NCBI GenBank assembly: GCA_013416795.1
Contig: RQSC01001302.1
Location: forward strand, 114,217 to 178,216
Origin: Prasinococcaceae sp. CCMP 1430
Taxonomy: Eukaryota > Plantae > Prasinodermophyta
Direction: 5' to 3'
Length of the DNA stretch: 64,000 nt
In this document: positions 41,863 through 52,849 of the stretch, one piece after another
How positions within the stretch are numbered: the stretch's first letter is position 1
Layout of the letters: every line of letters starts with the position of its first letter
Position numbers and translations under genes: made by a program
The notes under the pieces: model-generated
Seen by the model: the letters and a program-made list of their open reading frames with translations, nothing else
What the model was told of the DNA's origin: nothing
Databases searched by the model: none

Positions 41863-42879
41863 ATGGAGCGCTCGCTCAGCACCGCAAGCGTCGCACCGAG
41901 CAGCGCTGCAAGCAGCACCGCGGCGGCAGATGCAATGGGGCGTGGTACGCCCGCGGGCAGGCTACTGCACGCGCTGTACGGAGGCAATAAGGTGAGAGGT
42001 CCTCCCCTGAACCTTCCCGACTCCCCCGCACGCGCATAAGCGCGCGGCGCTGTTGGGAGTGATGCGCGCGTGCGTGGAAGGTTCCGATGCACTCCTCACG
42101 CTCTGGCACTGACGCGCGCCGCTAATGCTCGGCCCTAGATAAACGGCCGCTCTGCCGGCGAGCGTTACTCGCGTGGCAACCGCGACGTGCGCAGCAAGCT
42201 CGCATCACAAGGCGTGTCGGCCCCTTCGCCCAGGCAGGTCGAGGCGCACGCGCGGCGCGAGAAGATCCTCGAGCGGCTGTGCACGGAGCGCAAGGCGGAG
42301 CGCCTTGCGCCGAGGTTGGGGACCTTTCAGAGCCGCTATGGTTGGATTGGTTACGATGACATCCCAATGGCACAGCGCTCGCGCCCCTCCGTGCGCATCG
42401 TCGACCAGAAGGCGCTCAAGGCCGAGTACGAGCGCGAGAACGCACCGCCGCAGCCTGGACAAGTCCTCGGTGCGAAGGCCACCGAGCGGCTCCAGCTACA
42501 GATGGAGTGGGCGCGCCGTGGCCAGGTGCCTGCAGGACTCCACCCAGATGCCCCGCGCAGCGCCTTTCGAAGGGAGAAACCCGCACCTAAGCTGGAGAGC
42601 GGCCCCCAAGCGGCGTTGCAGCAAGCGCAAGAGCTCTTCGACGACGTCGCCAAGGAGATAGAGGAACGTGAATTGTTCCTCGCCGAGATCGCTGCCAAGG
42701 ATCCGGCGCGCGCGGTGGAGCTCAAGTCGCGGATCGAGGGCGAGATCAGCCAGCGTCACGCAACGCTTAGAAAGCTCGATGCACGCATACGTGAGGAGGA
42801 GGACAAGGCGCTGGCAGAGCAGCACCAGCACCAGCAAGGGCTGTCTCGGCGGCAAGACGGTGGACTGTGCAGCAGGTAG
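41863..42879 (+). CDS. UPF0193/EVG1 (C22orf23-like) protein, two exons (phase-0 intron 41992-42138)
   Basis: Exon 1 ends GRGTPAGRLLHALYGGNK before GTGAG, and the TAG acceptor at 42136-42138 keeps the frame. C-terminal ELFDDVAKEIEERELFLAEI....EISQR...L..LD. Confidence 0.7.
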
Positions 42880-43020
42880 CTTGTGCGGCTCGAGTGCGCA
42901 CAACGCGCACATTTGTATACCCCTTGCATTCCCGAACTTAATTAATTGAGCCGCGCGCGCATGGCCCGCGCGCGGGGGGTGGGGGGCAGGGGTCGCCGCA
43001 GGCGTGTCGGCGAGAGCGTG

Positions 43021-44082
43021 TCAGCACGCCTGCGTGCCCTCGATGAGCGCTGTCAGGTCCGTTTCGTCCGTGATCCACAGCAGGCCTGCGTCTGGAACGG
43101 GCCCGCGCTGGTCATCTTGCCAACCAGCAAACGGTGCGTCCGCACGATCGCACAGCACGAGCAAAAAGCCGCTGCCACTCGAGCGCGCGGTGGCGGCGTG
43201 TGCGCCTGCAACGTCCGACTTGGCAAACTGCGTCGAATTGCGTGCCGCCGCAGCCACTCGCAGCCCCTCTGAACGCAGCCCCGCCAAAAACGTCTCAAAC
43301 ATTGCAATCTGTCGCACCGCGTTGAGAACGACGGCTGCTCCACCCGGCGCGAGCCTGCCGGCGATCACCGCCGGCAAACACACGGCGCCAGGCCACTCGT
43401 AGATGCACTCAGCCGCGAGAACCACCTCGAAGCGCCTGCTAGGTGCGAGCGCGTGCCACTCTAAAACGCTTCCTTCCCTCGCCGAGCCGTCGCAGCTGCT
43501 GTCGCGGCTGTCGCTGCTCCCCTGGGCCATTTCATTCTCCAGTGCCGCCGCAGCGTCGTCGTCGCCGCTGAATTCGAGCATGACCTTGAGCGTGTCGAGG
43601 TCAACACCTTCGTGCCGCCGCCAGTCGAGCGTCGCGACCTCGATGCAGACGTCCACGTCGGCAGCACGCCCGCCGCCTTCGTCCCCGCCATCCTCGGCGG
43701 CAGCGCTTGGCTCCCCTGTGCGCGGACTCATCATCCCACGCGTGAGCTCGGCATTTGCTGTGAGCATTTCCATGACGCCACCGCCTGCGGTGTCATCTCC
43801 CACGTAGTCGGTCAGCACGACATTAGGCGCACCGAGGTGTCGCGCCGCGAACAGGCCGACGAGTCCCGTGCCTGCGCCGAGCTCCAGCAGCGCCCCATCC
43901 CTGCCCAGCGCAACCTCGAGTGCGTGCCGTAGCTCGCCGGACAGCACGGCGCAAAGCTCGAGGGCGCCGAGCCACGTGCCGAGGCCGACGCCGTCACCGA
44001 CAGAGCCGTCGTGCAGCGTCAGCGTGTGGCCCGCGGCGCTGAATTCGCGCGCTGGCCACCGCTCCGCGAGCGCTGCCGCCAT
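43021..44082 (-). CDS. Family-16 (METTL21/EEF2KMT-like) SAM-dependent protein methyltransferase
   Basis: GVGLGTWLGALEL, motif I LLELGAGTGLVG, VVLTDY, LDW, FEVVLAAECIY. Confidence 0.88.
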   Translation of the reverse strand: MAAALAERWPAREFSAAGHTLTLHDGSVGDGVGLGTWLGALELCAVLSGELRHALEVALGRDGALLELGAGTGLVGLFAARHLGAPNVVLTDYVGDDTAGGGVMEMLTANAELTRGMMSPRTGEPSAAAEDGGDEGGGRAADVDVCIEVATLDWRRHEGVDLDTLKVMLEFSGDDDAAAALENEMAQGSSDSRDSSCDGSAREGSVLEWHALAPSRRFEVVLAAECIYEWPGAVCLPAVIAGRLAPGGAAVVLNAVRQIAMFETFLAGLRSEGLRVAAAARNSTQFAKSDVAGAHAATARSSGSGFLLVLCDRADAPFAGWQDDQRGPVPDAGLLWITDETDLTALIEGTQAC

Positions 44083-44510
44083 CGCCCACACTACCGCAGC
44101 TGCCCTCCTTAGGCCCCTGCCCCCGCGACTCAAGTACCTCTCCCGATCCCCACCACCACCACCACCGCCAAGCTAATCAACAAGTACGCTGCGCCCCCTC
44201 TCTCTGTACACGCTCTGGATGGCAGCGCCTCCAGGTGCACCGCTGCGGCGGCAGCGCGCCCTGTGCCAAACTCTGGCACTGCAAGCGAACCGCTCGAAAC
44301 ATGAGACGGGCGCAGCCGTCGCCGCTGCCCACACCTCGTGCGTGCCTCACAGGGTCCGCTGCAAGGCGCGGACGCACGTGCGCGCGCGCGAGAGAGAGAG
44401 AGAGGGAGAGAGAGTGGGTGCACTCGCAGGTCGCGGCGGTGGCGGAGAGTGATGAGGCAGCGCTGACAGCGTCGACGCGTCACAGATCGGGAAGAGTGGA
44501 GGGCCGGAGA

Positions 44511-46706
44511 ATGCGTGTGACTGCAGCGGCGGCAGCGGCGGGCGCAGCGGCGTCAACGGCTGCCGCGGCCGCAGGTGTGGCATCCACAGTATCCGCAGCC
44601 ATAGCTGCTGCGGCCAGACGCAGGCGTGCCTGCGCAGGCGCGGGTGGCCTCAGGCCACTATGCTCTATCTCCTTTGCGGACGTCCTCGCGGGGAAGGGCG
44701 CGTTGCTGGCAAATGACCGTGAGTGCAGACATCGGCAGGAGGAGCTGCAGCAGCAGGGCCGGTCAGGAAGGCGGAGAAAGGGACTGCCACAGAAGCGCGG
44801 GCCTGACCCCGCTCGCACCGACGTGGACACTGCGCTTGGGCTGCGTTACGCGGCACGTTGGTTACGCGCAGTACCGAGCTGCCCACCGACCTCGGCGCTC
44901 GCTGCGCTGCCGCCGCGCGGCCAACGAAAGGAGCGCGCTGCCGCCTGGAGGCGCGTCGTCGCGGGACTCATGATGGCACGCGCAGAAGCTATCGCACCCA
45001 CCCCGGAGGCCGGCGCGGAGACGGCGTACGCGCTAGTTCTCGGCGCGAGTAGCGGCGGCGCGGGCAGCGGCGGCCCTGCGCGCGAGGCGACCCTGCATTC
45101 AATGGCGGAGTTTCTTAGCGAGTGTGGCCTGCCTTCGAGCATCGTCGGTGGCGCGATCGACTCCAGCGTCGCGATCGGAGGGTTCGGCCACGGCTCTGAG
45201 CCTGTCGCACAGGCGTTGGAGAAGCCCGAGACCGCCGAAGGGCCTGCGACTGCCACGGGTGGTGCCACCGCGAGCAGTGTCGAGAGCGGTGCACATCTCG
45301 TCAGCACCCCGACGCGCCGCCTCGCCTACTTCGCTGGCCAGTTTTACCACGGCGCGCATGGTGCCAAGGGCGTGGTGAGACGCATCCCGCCCAAGGCGCT
45401 GGCGGTGCGCATGATGACCCCCGAGGCATTTTGCATGCTGTGGCAGGAGCTCGGGCGAGTCGAAACCCGTGCATATCGCGCGCGCGGCGGGGTCCGCGCA
45501 AGCGAGGGCAGCTCGGGCGGGGGCGACGGGCGGCGCGGCGCGCGCTTGCAACGCGTCAGTCGGCTGAGCTTGGATACTTCGCACCTGCCTCTGCAGGCCC
45601 AGCGGCGGCTTGCGCAGGCGCTCGGCGCAGTCTTCCGCTTTGAGGTGACCATACGGAAGGACGGTGTGCCGATCACGGCGCGCCGACTGCGAGGCGATTC
45701 CGGCGTCGGTGGCGACAGCGACGGCGCTGAAGGCGCGGCCGTCGTCGATGATCCGGACGCGAGGTACTCTCTTGGCATTCACCCATCGCAGGCAGCGAGA
45801 CTCGCGAGAATACTCATTCGACACGATCCGCTGCAGAGATTGCCAGTGGTGGAGGACTCGCCACGGTGGATGAGGTCGTTGGCAACCGAGACGCATGCCG
45901 CCGACGTCCACTATGGCGTGGCGCCAGGCGACGTGCCGCTGCTCAAGCCCGAACTCGGAGATGGCTTGCATGACATCTTCGTGGGCAGCCTTCTAGGGAA
46001 TGCCACCATGCGATTTCGCCATCACCGCTTCAAGAAGGCCTTCTGCATCCCTGTGTACCGCGTCCGCTTCGACAAGCCGCTCGCGCAGCGCGAGGAGCTC
46101 ACGCGGCTGCACGCGACGCTTGAGGAGTACGTCCCAGCGGAGAGGGGCCCCCGACAATATGGCGCTGGCCCTGATGGCCAAGATGAGCCTCGCTTGACCA
46201 TGCGCACGCGCGCGGCCAAACGATTCAGATACTACTACCACAACTTCTTCCGCGTGGATGCGCGTGCGCTCACTATCAGCAAAACGGCGCCCGCGGACAT
46301 CGCTGACCACCTCACACCCGTGGCCATCGCCCACTGGTTCGCCGACATGGGCGGCGTAGGTGACGGCGCCAGCCTCGTTGGCGAGGGCCATGGAAGCGTG
46401 GCCGGCGACGCGGCGTCCAAGGCTGACGGAACGCGTCAAAAAATTCTCACGCTCGATGTGACTGCCTTCGACGAGGCGGACGCCGAGCGCTTGCGCTGTG
46501 CACTGGCTCGTCGCACTGGCTGGTGCATTGAGCTTGAGGCCGCACGCGCCAACACTGGCGGCATAAGAGGTGATGGTGCCCGGGGAGGACGTCGCCAGCG
46601 CAAACAGGTGCTGCTGCTTCCACCTGAGGGTCGTGAGCAGATCGCGCGCTGGATGGAGGAGGCGCGCATCCCCGGCTGGCAGTCAAAGCTGTTACCACAC
46701 CTATAG
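44511..46706 (+). CDS. Nuclear-encoded, organelle-targeted LAGLIDADG_2 domain protein (OTP51-like RNA maturation factor)
   Basis: Ala/Arg-rich transit peptide. Two LAGLIDADG_2-like units: LAYFAGQFY...RRIP....MTPEAFCMLW, and DIFVGSLLGNA...FRYYYHNFF...DIADHLTPVAIAHWFADMG...AF..ADAERL..AL. GC-rich nuclear codon usage. Confidence 0.75.
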   Translation: MRVTAAAAAAGAAASTAAAAAGVASTVSAAIAAAARRRRACAGAGGLRPLCSISFADVLAGKGALLANDRECRHRQEELQQQGRSGRRRKGLPQKRGPDPARTDVDTALGLRYAARWLRAVPSCPPTSALAALPPRGQRKERAAAWRRVVAGLMMARAEAIAPTPEAGAETAYALVLGASSGGAGSGGPAREATLHSMAEFLSECGLPSSIVGGAIDSSVAIGGFGHGSEPVAQALEKPETAEGPATATGGATASSVESGAHLVSTPTRRLAYFAGQFYHGAHGAKGVVRRIPPKALAVRMMTPEAFCMLWQELGRVETRAYRARGGVRASEGSSGGGDGRRGARLQRVSRLSLDTSHLPLQAQRRLAQALGAVFRFEVTIRKDGVPITARRLRGDSGVGGDSDGAEGAAVVDDPDARYSLGIHPSQAARLARILIRHDPLQRLPVVEDSPRWMRSLATETHAADVHYGVAPGDVPLLKPELGDGLHDIFVGSLLGNATMRFRHHRFKKAFCIPVYRVRFDKPLAQREELTRLHATLEEYVPAERGPRQYGAGPDGQDEPRLTMRTRAAKRFRYYYHNFFRVDARALTISKTAPADIADHLTPVAIAHWFADMGGVGDGASLVGEGHGSVAGDAASKADGTRQKILTLDVTAFDEADAERLRCALARRTGWCIELEAARANTGGIRGDGARGGRRQRKQVLLLPPEGREQIARWMEEARIPGWQSKLLPHL

Positions 46707-46882
46707 CCGGCCCGGGTATTGTATCATAAGCATTCATTCATCGCCAGGTGGGGTGGGGTGCCCGCGGAGCACGGCGCGTTCAGGGCAGGACGCCAGCGCT
46801 CGGGCGCGGGAGCCGTCTATGGTATGCGAGTCCCCCGTTGCGAGCGCGCCGAGTGAGTGAAAGCGGACAGGTCTGCCGGTGT

Positions 46883-48193
46883 TCACGACCGGAGCATCCG
46901 TGCGTATCTCGTGTTGGCAAGCACCTCTGCAACCTCGTCGATGTTGTATATCGTCTCCGCGTGCGGCCCTGGCGGGTTCCGCCAGCCGTCCCTTGTGGCG
47001 TTCTTCATGAAAGAAACAATCCTAGACAATCGCGGCCTGAACGCGCCGCGCAAGAATTTTCTCCAAGCCTCGATTGACTCCTCCCCTACGAGCACGCAGG
47101 CAGGCGTTTCAGTGGATCTGTCAGTTTCGCAGTCGACGGCGTAGAGGCGAGCACGTGCGCGCACGAGAGAGCGCGAGCGGGCAGGTGCACGGCATGCATA
47201 CGGGTGCTCACAGTATTGTCGTCCGTACTGGAAGCTGAGCAATGCCTCTGAGCTGACGGTCTCCCCAGAGCGGAAGCCCGCGAATCTTAGCGCCTGCCTC
47301 TGGACACGATTGGCCTTCTCCAATTTTAATAAGGACCGTAGCAGCGTCGTGGTATTCAGATACGCCAATGTCTTCTCCGCTTTCACCGTGCCCGCCTCGC
47401 TGCCTCGCCGCTGCTCGAAGCAGGCAGCGCTTCGCGTTCCGTCAGATCGCACCGGATGGCCGTCGCGATCAGCAATAAAGCAGTCGCGCACATAGCACAC
47501 GAGGAAGTCCAGCACGTTCTTGCGGACCACATTAGCGGCAGCGGCGCCCGCATGCACGAGCCTTCTCCTGGCCGGCATGCCGACGTATTTCCCCCCACGT
47601 GCAGGACCGAGCTTGAGAACAACCGCCATGCCAAGCTGATCACGAACTTGCGAGAGCATTGCATCGATCGCCGGCACTTGATGTTGCAAGCCCGTCGTAT
47701 TCTTGCCGTCGGCGAGAGCACGGAGGCAGCCGTTCTTGCTAGGCTTGAGAATTTCAAAGCCAAGCGGCGCCACCACGTGCCCGTGCGCTTCGACCATGCC
47801 TCTCGCAACCGTCTGCACAGCGGTGGATCCGACGCAGCCACCAGCCGCAAAGATGATCACGGGTGGCGAGTGCCGCGCGCTACCGTCCAGCCCAACATGG
47901 TTCGGAGCTCGGCAAGCTGTGAGATTGTAAAAATCGCAAGCTTCAGCGGGGGGGCCGGCGAAGTCATCCCCGGTGCCGCAGCTGCGCCCATCGTGGCCCT
48001 CGAACAGCCCGAGGCGCTCGACGAGCGAAGCGGACGCACCGGCCCCGCGTACGCAAGTGAACACGCCGAACGCCAGCATCGCCCCCAACATGGCTCCGTG
48101 CGGCGCGGAGTCGCGCCGGCGCGTGCCGCACAGCCACTTTCGCTCTACCTCGTCTGCCCCGCCGCCTCCGTCCCCTCTGGGACCTTGCGGCAT
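46883..48193 (-). CDS. Type II membrane sulfotransferase-like protein (Stf0/NodH-like); probable intron at ~47100-47213
   Basis: N-terminal hydrophobic anchor, PSB-like loop GGCVGST, 3'-PB-like VRKNVLDFLVC, C-terminal TIYNIDEVAEVLANTRY. Confidence 0.5.
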   Translation of the reverse strand: MPQGPRGDGGGGADEVERKWLCGTRRRDSAPHGAMLGAMLAFGVFTCVRGAGASASLVERLGLFEGHDGRSCGTGDDFAGPPAEACDFYNLTACRAPNHVGLDGSARHSPPVIIFAAGGCVGSTAVQTVARGMVEAHGHVVAPLGFEILKPSKNGCLRALADGKNTTGLQHQVPAIDAMLSQVRDQLGMAVVLKLGPARGGKYVGMPARRRLVHAGAAAANVVRKNVLDFLVCYVRDCFIADRDGHPVRSDGTRSAACFEQRRGSEAGTVKAEKTLAYLNTTTLLRSLLKLEKANRVQRQALRFAGFRSGETVSSEALLSFQYGRQYCEHPYACRAPARSRSLVRARARLYAVDCETDRSTETPACVLVGEESIEAWRKFLRGAFRPRLSRIVSFMKNATRDGWRNPPGPHAETIYNIDEVAEVLANTRYARMLRS

Positions 48194-48692
48194 TTTTGGA
48201 GGGGCACCAGCCGCCGCCGGGTCAGCGACCTCGGCGGCTTGGCCGCAGGGCCGGGGCGTGCGCGCTCCGTGTCGCGGCGAACCCGCCCAAATGCGACCCC
48301 CTACCTCCCTCGGCCCTCCTTTAGAGCGCACATGTGGCCGAGGTCGCGTCTGGCGCGCGCACAGGTGCGCGCGCACGACGTCACTGCTCCGCACGCCGCG
48401 CCAACAGCACCGTTCACATCAATCGCCATTGTGTCCATCAGAGACTACGATTCAGAGTTGATGGAGAACACATTGCCCCTTTTTTTTAACCCATTGCAGA
48501 GAATTTGCAGTGGTCGGATGTGCGTGTTCACGCGCTCACTTCCATCCGTGTGCTACATTCTCGCGCCCGTTGGCGAGCATGACCTTGCGCTGGCGCTCCT
48601 CCGCCATCAGCCTGACAATACAGACGATGTTGAACACTGGCAGCTCGTACGCGGCCGCCAGGACGGGGCTCGCTAATGCACCCTTCGGCCAA

Positions 48693-50265
48693 TCAGCGGT
48701 CAGTCGGGTAACGACAAGTACGCGAATTGCCGCGTAGTCCTATGCATGGCGCATCGTCGCCGGCGCGACGCGCCAGCGGCGTGTCAGCGACGCCAACGCG
48801 CGTGTCACGGCATGGAGAGCATGCATCAACTTGAAGACAGAGGCAAAATGCCAAGCGCCTGGACAGGCCTGGACCGTCGACTTTAGAGGATGCTACGCAA
48901 GGGTGGCCGGCAGAAGCACGTACCAAGAGCGAAAGCGTCCGGCGCATGCCGATCCCACACATCGCTGCAAAGGCGGCGCACTCGGCAAACCTTAACCAGA
49001 TGGTTGAGAGCAGAGCACCAGGTGTCCCGCACAAGGACAACAGGTGTCCAATGATCGCGCCTACTGCCACGCGCTGCAGGGCCACGAAGAGTAGCGCCCG
49101 GAACATGTCCCAGCGCCTCGTCGCGGCGCTCTCCTCGGCACTCGCCAGCGCGCGCGCCTCGGAGTCGGCGTCGTTGGCGCCATGCGCACGGCGGCCGTGC
49201 TGCCACGCCGCACGCGCTCGGATGCCGACGCTCTCCGCACCGCCGAGGGCCATGGAGACGATGTACGGCAGAGACATGGAGAGCACGACCACGCTGGCGT
49301 CCTTCACCATGGCGGCCGTGAGGGCTCTCTCGGGGTCTATCTCGGTACGCTCCACGTTGCACGCGTGAGCGGCTTGCCGGGGGAAAAGAAATCGCGCCCA
49401 CGACTCACCCAGCTCTGCCGGAAAGTTTGCACAGAGCTCTGTGAATGGCTGAAGCGCGCGTGAGATGTCGTCGCCTCGCTCGTCGCGTATGTCATCACCG
49501 CTCCCATCGCTTCTCGTCGTGGCGGCAAACAACATAGCACAGAACACTACATATGCACCCTCTGGGCGGAGCACTTGGGTGAGGGCAGGCCCGAGGAGCG
49601 CATCCGCCGCGGCGACCGTGCCCCTGCACAGACGCCCCCAGAGACCATCGGTATGCAGATCAAGCGGGGCCTGCTCGCCCTTCTGGCACGGCTGCTGCGG
49701 TGCCTGCTGGCGTGGCTGGAAGAGGCGGTAGATAACGCCCCTGGTCCGTCGCTATGCGGGCGATCGGGCGAGAATGACGGTCACGTCGCGCAGCAAGAGG
49801 ATGAGTGAATGGGCGCGGGGGGGAGGGGGGCATTGACACGCCAGTGGGCGAGGAAACGCTCTCGCGCCACGGTCAAGCGCGGTCAGCCAGCAGACACGCT
49901 ATGCGTTGCTCGGAAGTGCAAGCAGTAGCTAGACATAGCAGGCGCTCTGGGGGCGCAGCAACCTCACAGGGGGAAGGCGAGCGAGCAGGTAAGCGAGCTG
50001 GCGAGCGATTGCCAGCGCAGCTGTCGAGAAGAGAGCGAATGACTGCGCATTTTTCGCTCGCGCGCGCGCGCAACGAACGCACGTCCTGCCAACGCCCCAA
50101 CCCGTCCACGTACTCGCCCGCGTGCATCGCGTGCGAGATCGCCCCCAGCGCAACGCCCACCACGGCCAGCATCGAGTGGCCGCGCGCCGCGCAGTGCGCG
50201 CAGCCCCACGCGAAGAAGGTACCGCCCACCAGCAGCTCGGCCAGACGCCGGCTGCGGGACGCCAT
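48693..50265 (-). CDS. Hypothetical multi-pass membrane protein, multi-exon
   Basis: Hydrophobic segments in ORFs 49873-50334 and 48693-49574, with splice-like boundaries between them. No family recognised. Confidence 0.4.
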
Positions 50266-50963
50266 TCTGTCTGGCGCGATCCGCCGCAGCCTCTGCGCAC
50301 TCAACCTGGGCGCACAAACGCCTGCACGGCGCAACGCTCGGGCGGGCCCTACGCCGCGGCGGCGGGCGCTGGGGCTCGCCCGCCCGCCGCCTTCGCTTGT
50401 CTCAGCCTGAGCGGTCGGAGCGCGGGCGCGAGCTTGCCGCGTTGCTGGGAGCGCAGGCAGAGTGCCACCCTCGCCCTGGCCGGCGTGCAGGGGTTGCTAA
50501 TAATGGCAGCCGGGCACGTGGCGCGGTTTCGACGGATCCGATTTCGACTCGATCGGAGGTTCCGTTATGAGCGGCTCTGATCCGCGCCGGAGCTCAGCCG
50601 CTCCTCAACTTCTGCTCATGATTTTTCTCCTGCTTTTTTTGGTGCGCGCGCACTGCATTGCAGCACTGGACGGGCACCAGGCAGAGGGCATGAGGGCAAG
50701 AAGTCATCCAATGGTCGAGTGCTCAGCCACAGTTGCACATGGAAATTGGTGAACACGCACAGGGCGCGTGACGCACCGACCAACCCACCCACCCGTCCGC
50801 CCGTCCACCCACCCACCGTGCGGTCGTGCGCTATGTTGCCGACGTGCGCTAGTTGACAAGGAGGTGCGGATGCACCTATTGATTTTACCCCAGCCCGTCG
50901 GGCAGAGCGCAGGCGCGTCGCCGGCGCCGCGCGTAAGCCCTAGAGGCAGCCGCAAGTCGCCTT

Positions 50964-51589
50964 TTAACGGTACGACTTCTCTGTAGGAGCGCCGCGTTGT
51001 GAAGAGGGGAGCGAGGGCGTTGGGCTTCGGTTAGCGCAGAGCCTCCCTCGACAGGGCAGAGCGAAGCAGGCGAGCAGCGCGGCGGGCTGGGGGCGCGCCT
51101 GCGATGCGCGTGCGGCGTGGTGCAGTGTGGTGCCGCCGAGCGTGGCGTGGCGCGGCGGAGCACGAGCAGGCGCACGCTGCGCGACGTACGGAAGCGCGCG
51201 CGAGCGCCCCGGCCACCGTACTTCTTGGCCTCGCAGCGGCGGGGGTCGGCGACGAGCAGCGTGCGGTCGTACGACAGCAGGATCTCCTTCACCTCCTGCT
51301 TGGTCGACTCGTCGATGTACTTCTGGGTCCAGGCGACGATGGCCTTGGCGATCGCCTGGCGGATAGCGTAGGTCTGCGAGGTGTGACCGCCACCGCGCAC
51401 GCGCACGCGCACGTCGATGCCCGCGAAGCGCTCCTTGCCGAGCAGCAGCACCGGCTCGAAGACCTTGTAGCGCAGGATCTCCGGCTCGACGAGCTCGATG
51501 GGCTTGCCGTTGATCTTGAGCAGGCCGCGGCCGCGCTTGACGAACGCGACGGCAACGCTGTTCTTCTTCCTACCGAAGGTTTGCACCGA
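50964..51589 (-). CDS. RPS16: Cytosolic 40S ribosomal protein S16 (uS9); initiator exon not located
   Basis: [73 protein letters not shown]. An intron then gives QKSYR-stop (TAA at 50964-50966). Confidence 0.98.
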
Positions 51590-52085
51590 CTGTTTGTCGT
51601 CGTAGTCGACGACGACGGGGCGGCCGCAAGGCGGTGGCGCACGTGCGTCCGGTTCGCAGGGCGCAACAGTGAGCTTTAGGTGTCAGCACTCCAGACGCGA
51701 GGGCGCGTGCGCGAGCGCGCGACTCAGGCCGCCCGCGCGGGCACACGGGCAGCGCTCAAACGGCTCGCGCGCCCGCGCTCCCATGCCACGCACGTGGCCC
51801 CGCGCAGCGCTGCAGGCGCGCAGCCCGGCGCTCGCGTCGCCCAGCCGCCACCCCGCGTTTCTGTGGCGCACATCAAGAGCGGGTTGCGCTGCGCAACCGA
51901 GGGGGACGCCGGGGCCCAGCGCTGCTGCCAGACCGCCACAGCCGCGCTGCGGCAGTCACAAGCAGGCACCACAGAGCCCCCCCTCCTCCGCGACCGCCGC
52001 GCCCTCGCTGTCCGTGCGGCCTCCGCGCGCGCACAGCTGCCGCCGCCCGGCGCACAGCGCGCGCGCGCACGCGAGGGCGGCCGCC

Positions 52086-52158
52086 AACAATTTAATAACA
52101 AAACAATAAAACTATGACAGCAACTTTAGAAAGACGCGAATCAGCAGGCCTATGGGCT
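52086..52158 (+). pseudogene. psbA: Chloroplast psbA 5'UTR plus first 15 codons (NUPT or chimeric contig end)
   Basis: AT-rich leader aacaatttaataacaaaacaataaaact, then ATG at 52114: ACA GCA ACT TTA GAA AGA CGC GAA TCA GCA GGC CTA TGG GCT = MTATLERRESAGLWA, the D1 N-terminus. It ends at N 52159. Confidence 0.85.
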
Positions 52159-52849
52159 NCGCGCGCGCCCCCCTCCCCCCCCCCCCCCCACACCCGCAGC
52201 CGCAGCCTCGCGCGCCCTTGATGATCGGACGCGCCCGCCGCCAAAAGACACGCGTGCACATTTCGTATCAAAACCCCAGCAGCACGCAAACACAGATCAA
52301 CTCCGCTCCACCTCAATATTCAGCGTTGGATCTGCACGTTTGATCGCGATTTTGATGAGTAAAGGGATGCTGGAATGAAACAACAGATACGATTTCGATG
52401 CCGGGTCCGCCTGCGTTTTCCGCCGCCACCCCGCCCCAGTGCGCCGGCGGCCACGCGATGGGTGGGTTGAGGTTCGTGCAGCCCCCGGCCGCGTGGGCGG
52501 GGAAAGGGTGAGATATGTCAGGGTTCACATTCTGATTCGGAGCCCGGAGCTGAGCTGAGGCCTCGTGAGCCTCCCCAACGACCCCCAGCACAACATATAC
52601 AACATAATTACAGCATCACCGAAACATGCGACCAGACGTCAAAAAGTGCGTAACACCTCACGAAAAATGCCCATACGCGTTTTCGCTGGCTGTGGTCGCC
52701 GCCGGGTGTTGGGCGGGCGGGGATGGGGGGAGCAGGCGACACAGAGCGGGCGCCTGCAGCTGGCTGCCGGGCAGGGAGGGGAAGGAGGGGGGAGGAGAGA
52801 GGCGCGACATCAGAGAACCGCAGGGGCCGCGGCGCTCGCGATTCCCGCG

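Noticed and set aside
41487-42092. Minus-strand ORF with a hydrophobic segment (AVLLAALLGATLAVL)
   Set aside because: It is antisense to exon 1 of the UPF0193 gene, which has clean phase-0 splice sites.
52200-52700. Lower-GC stretch with TGATGA (possible C/D snoRNA) and a 92-aa ORF
   Set aside because: No box D at a suitable distance and no terminal stem; the ORF has no recognisable motif.
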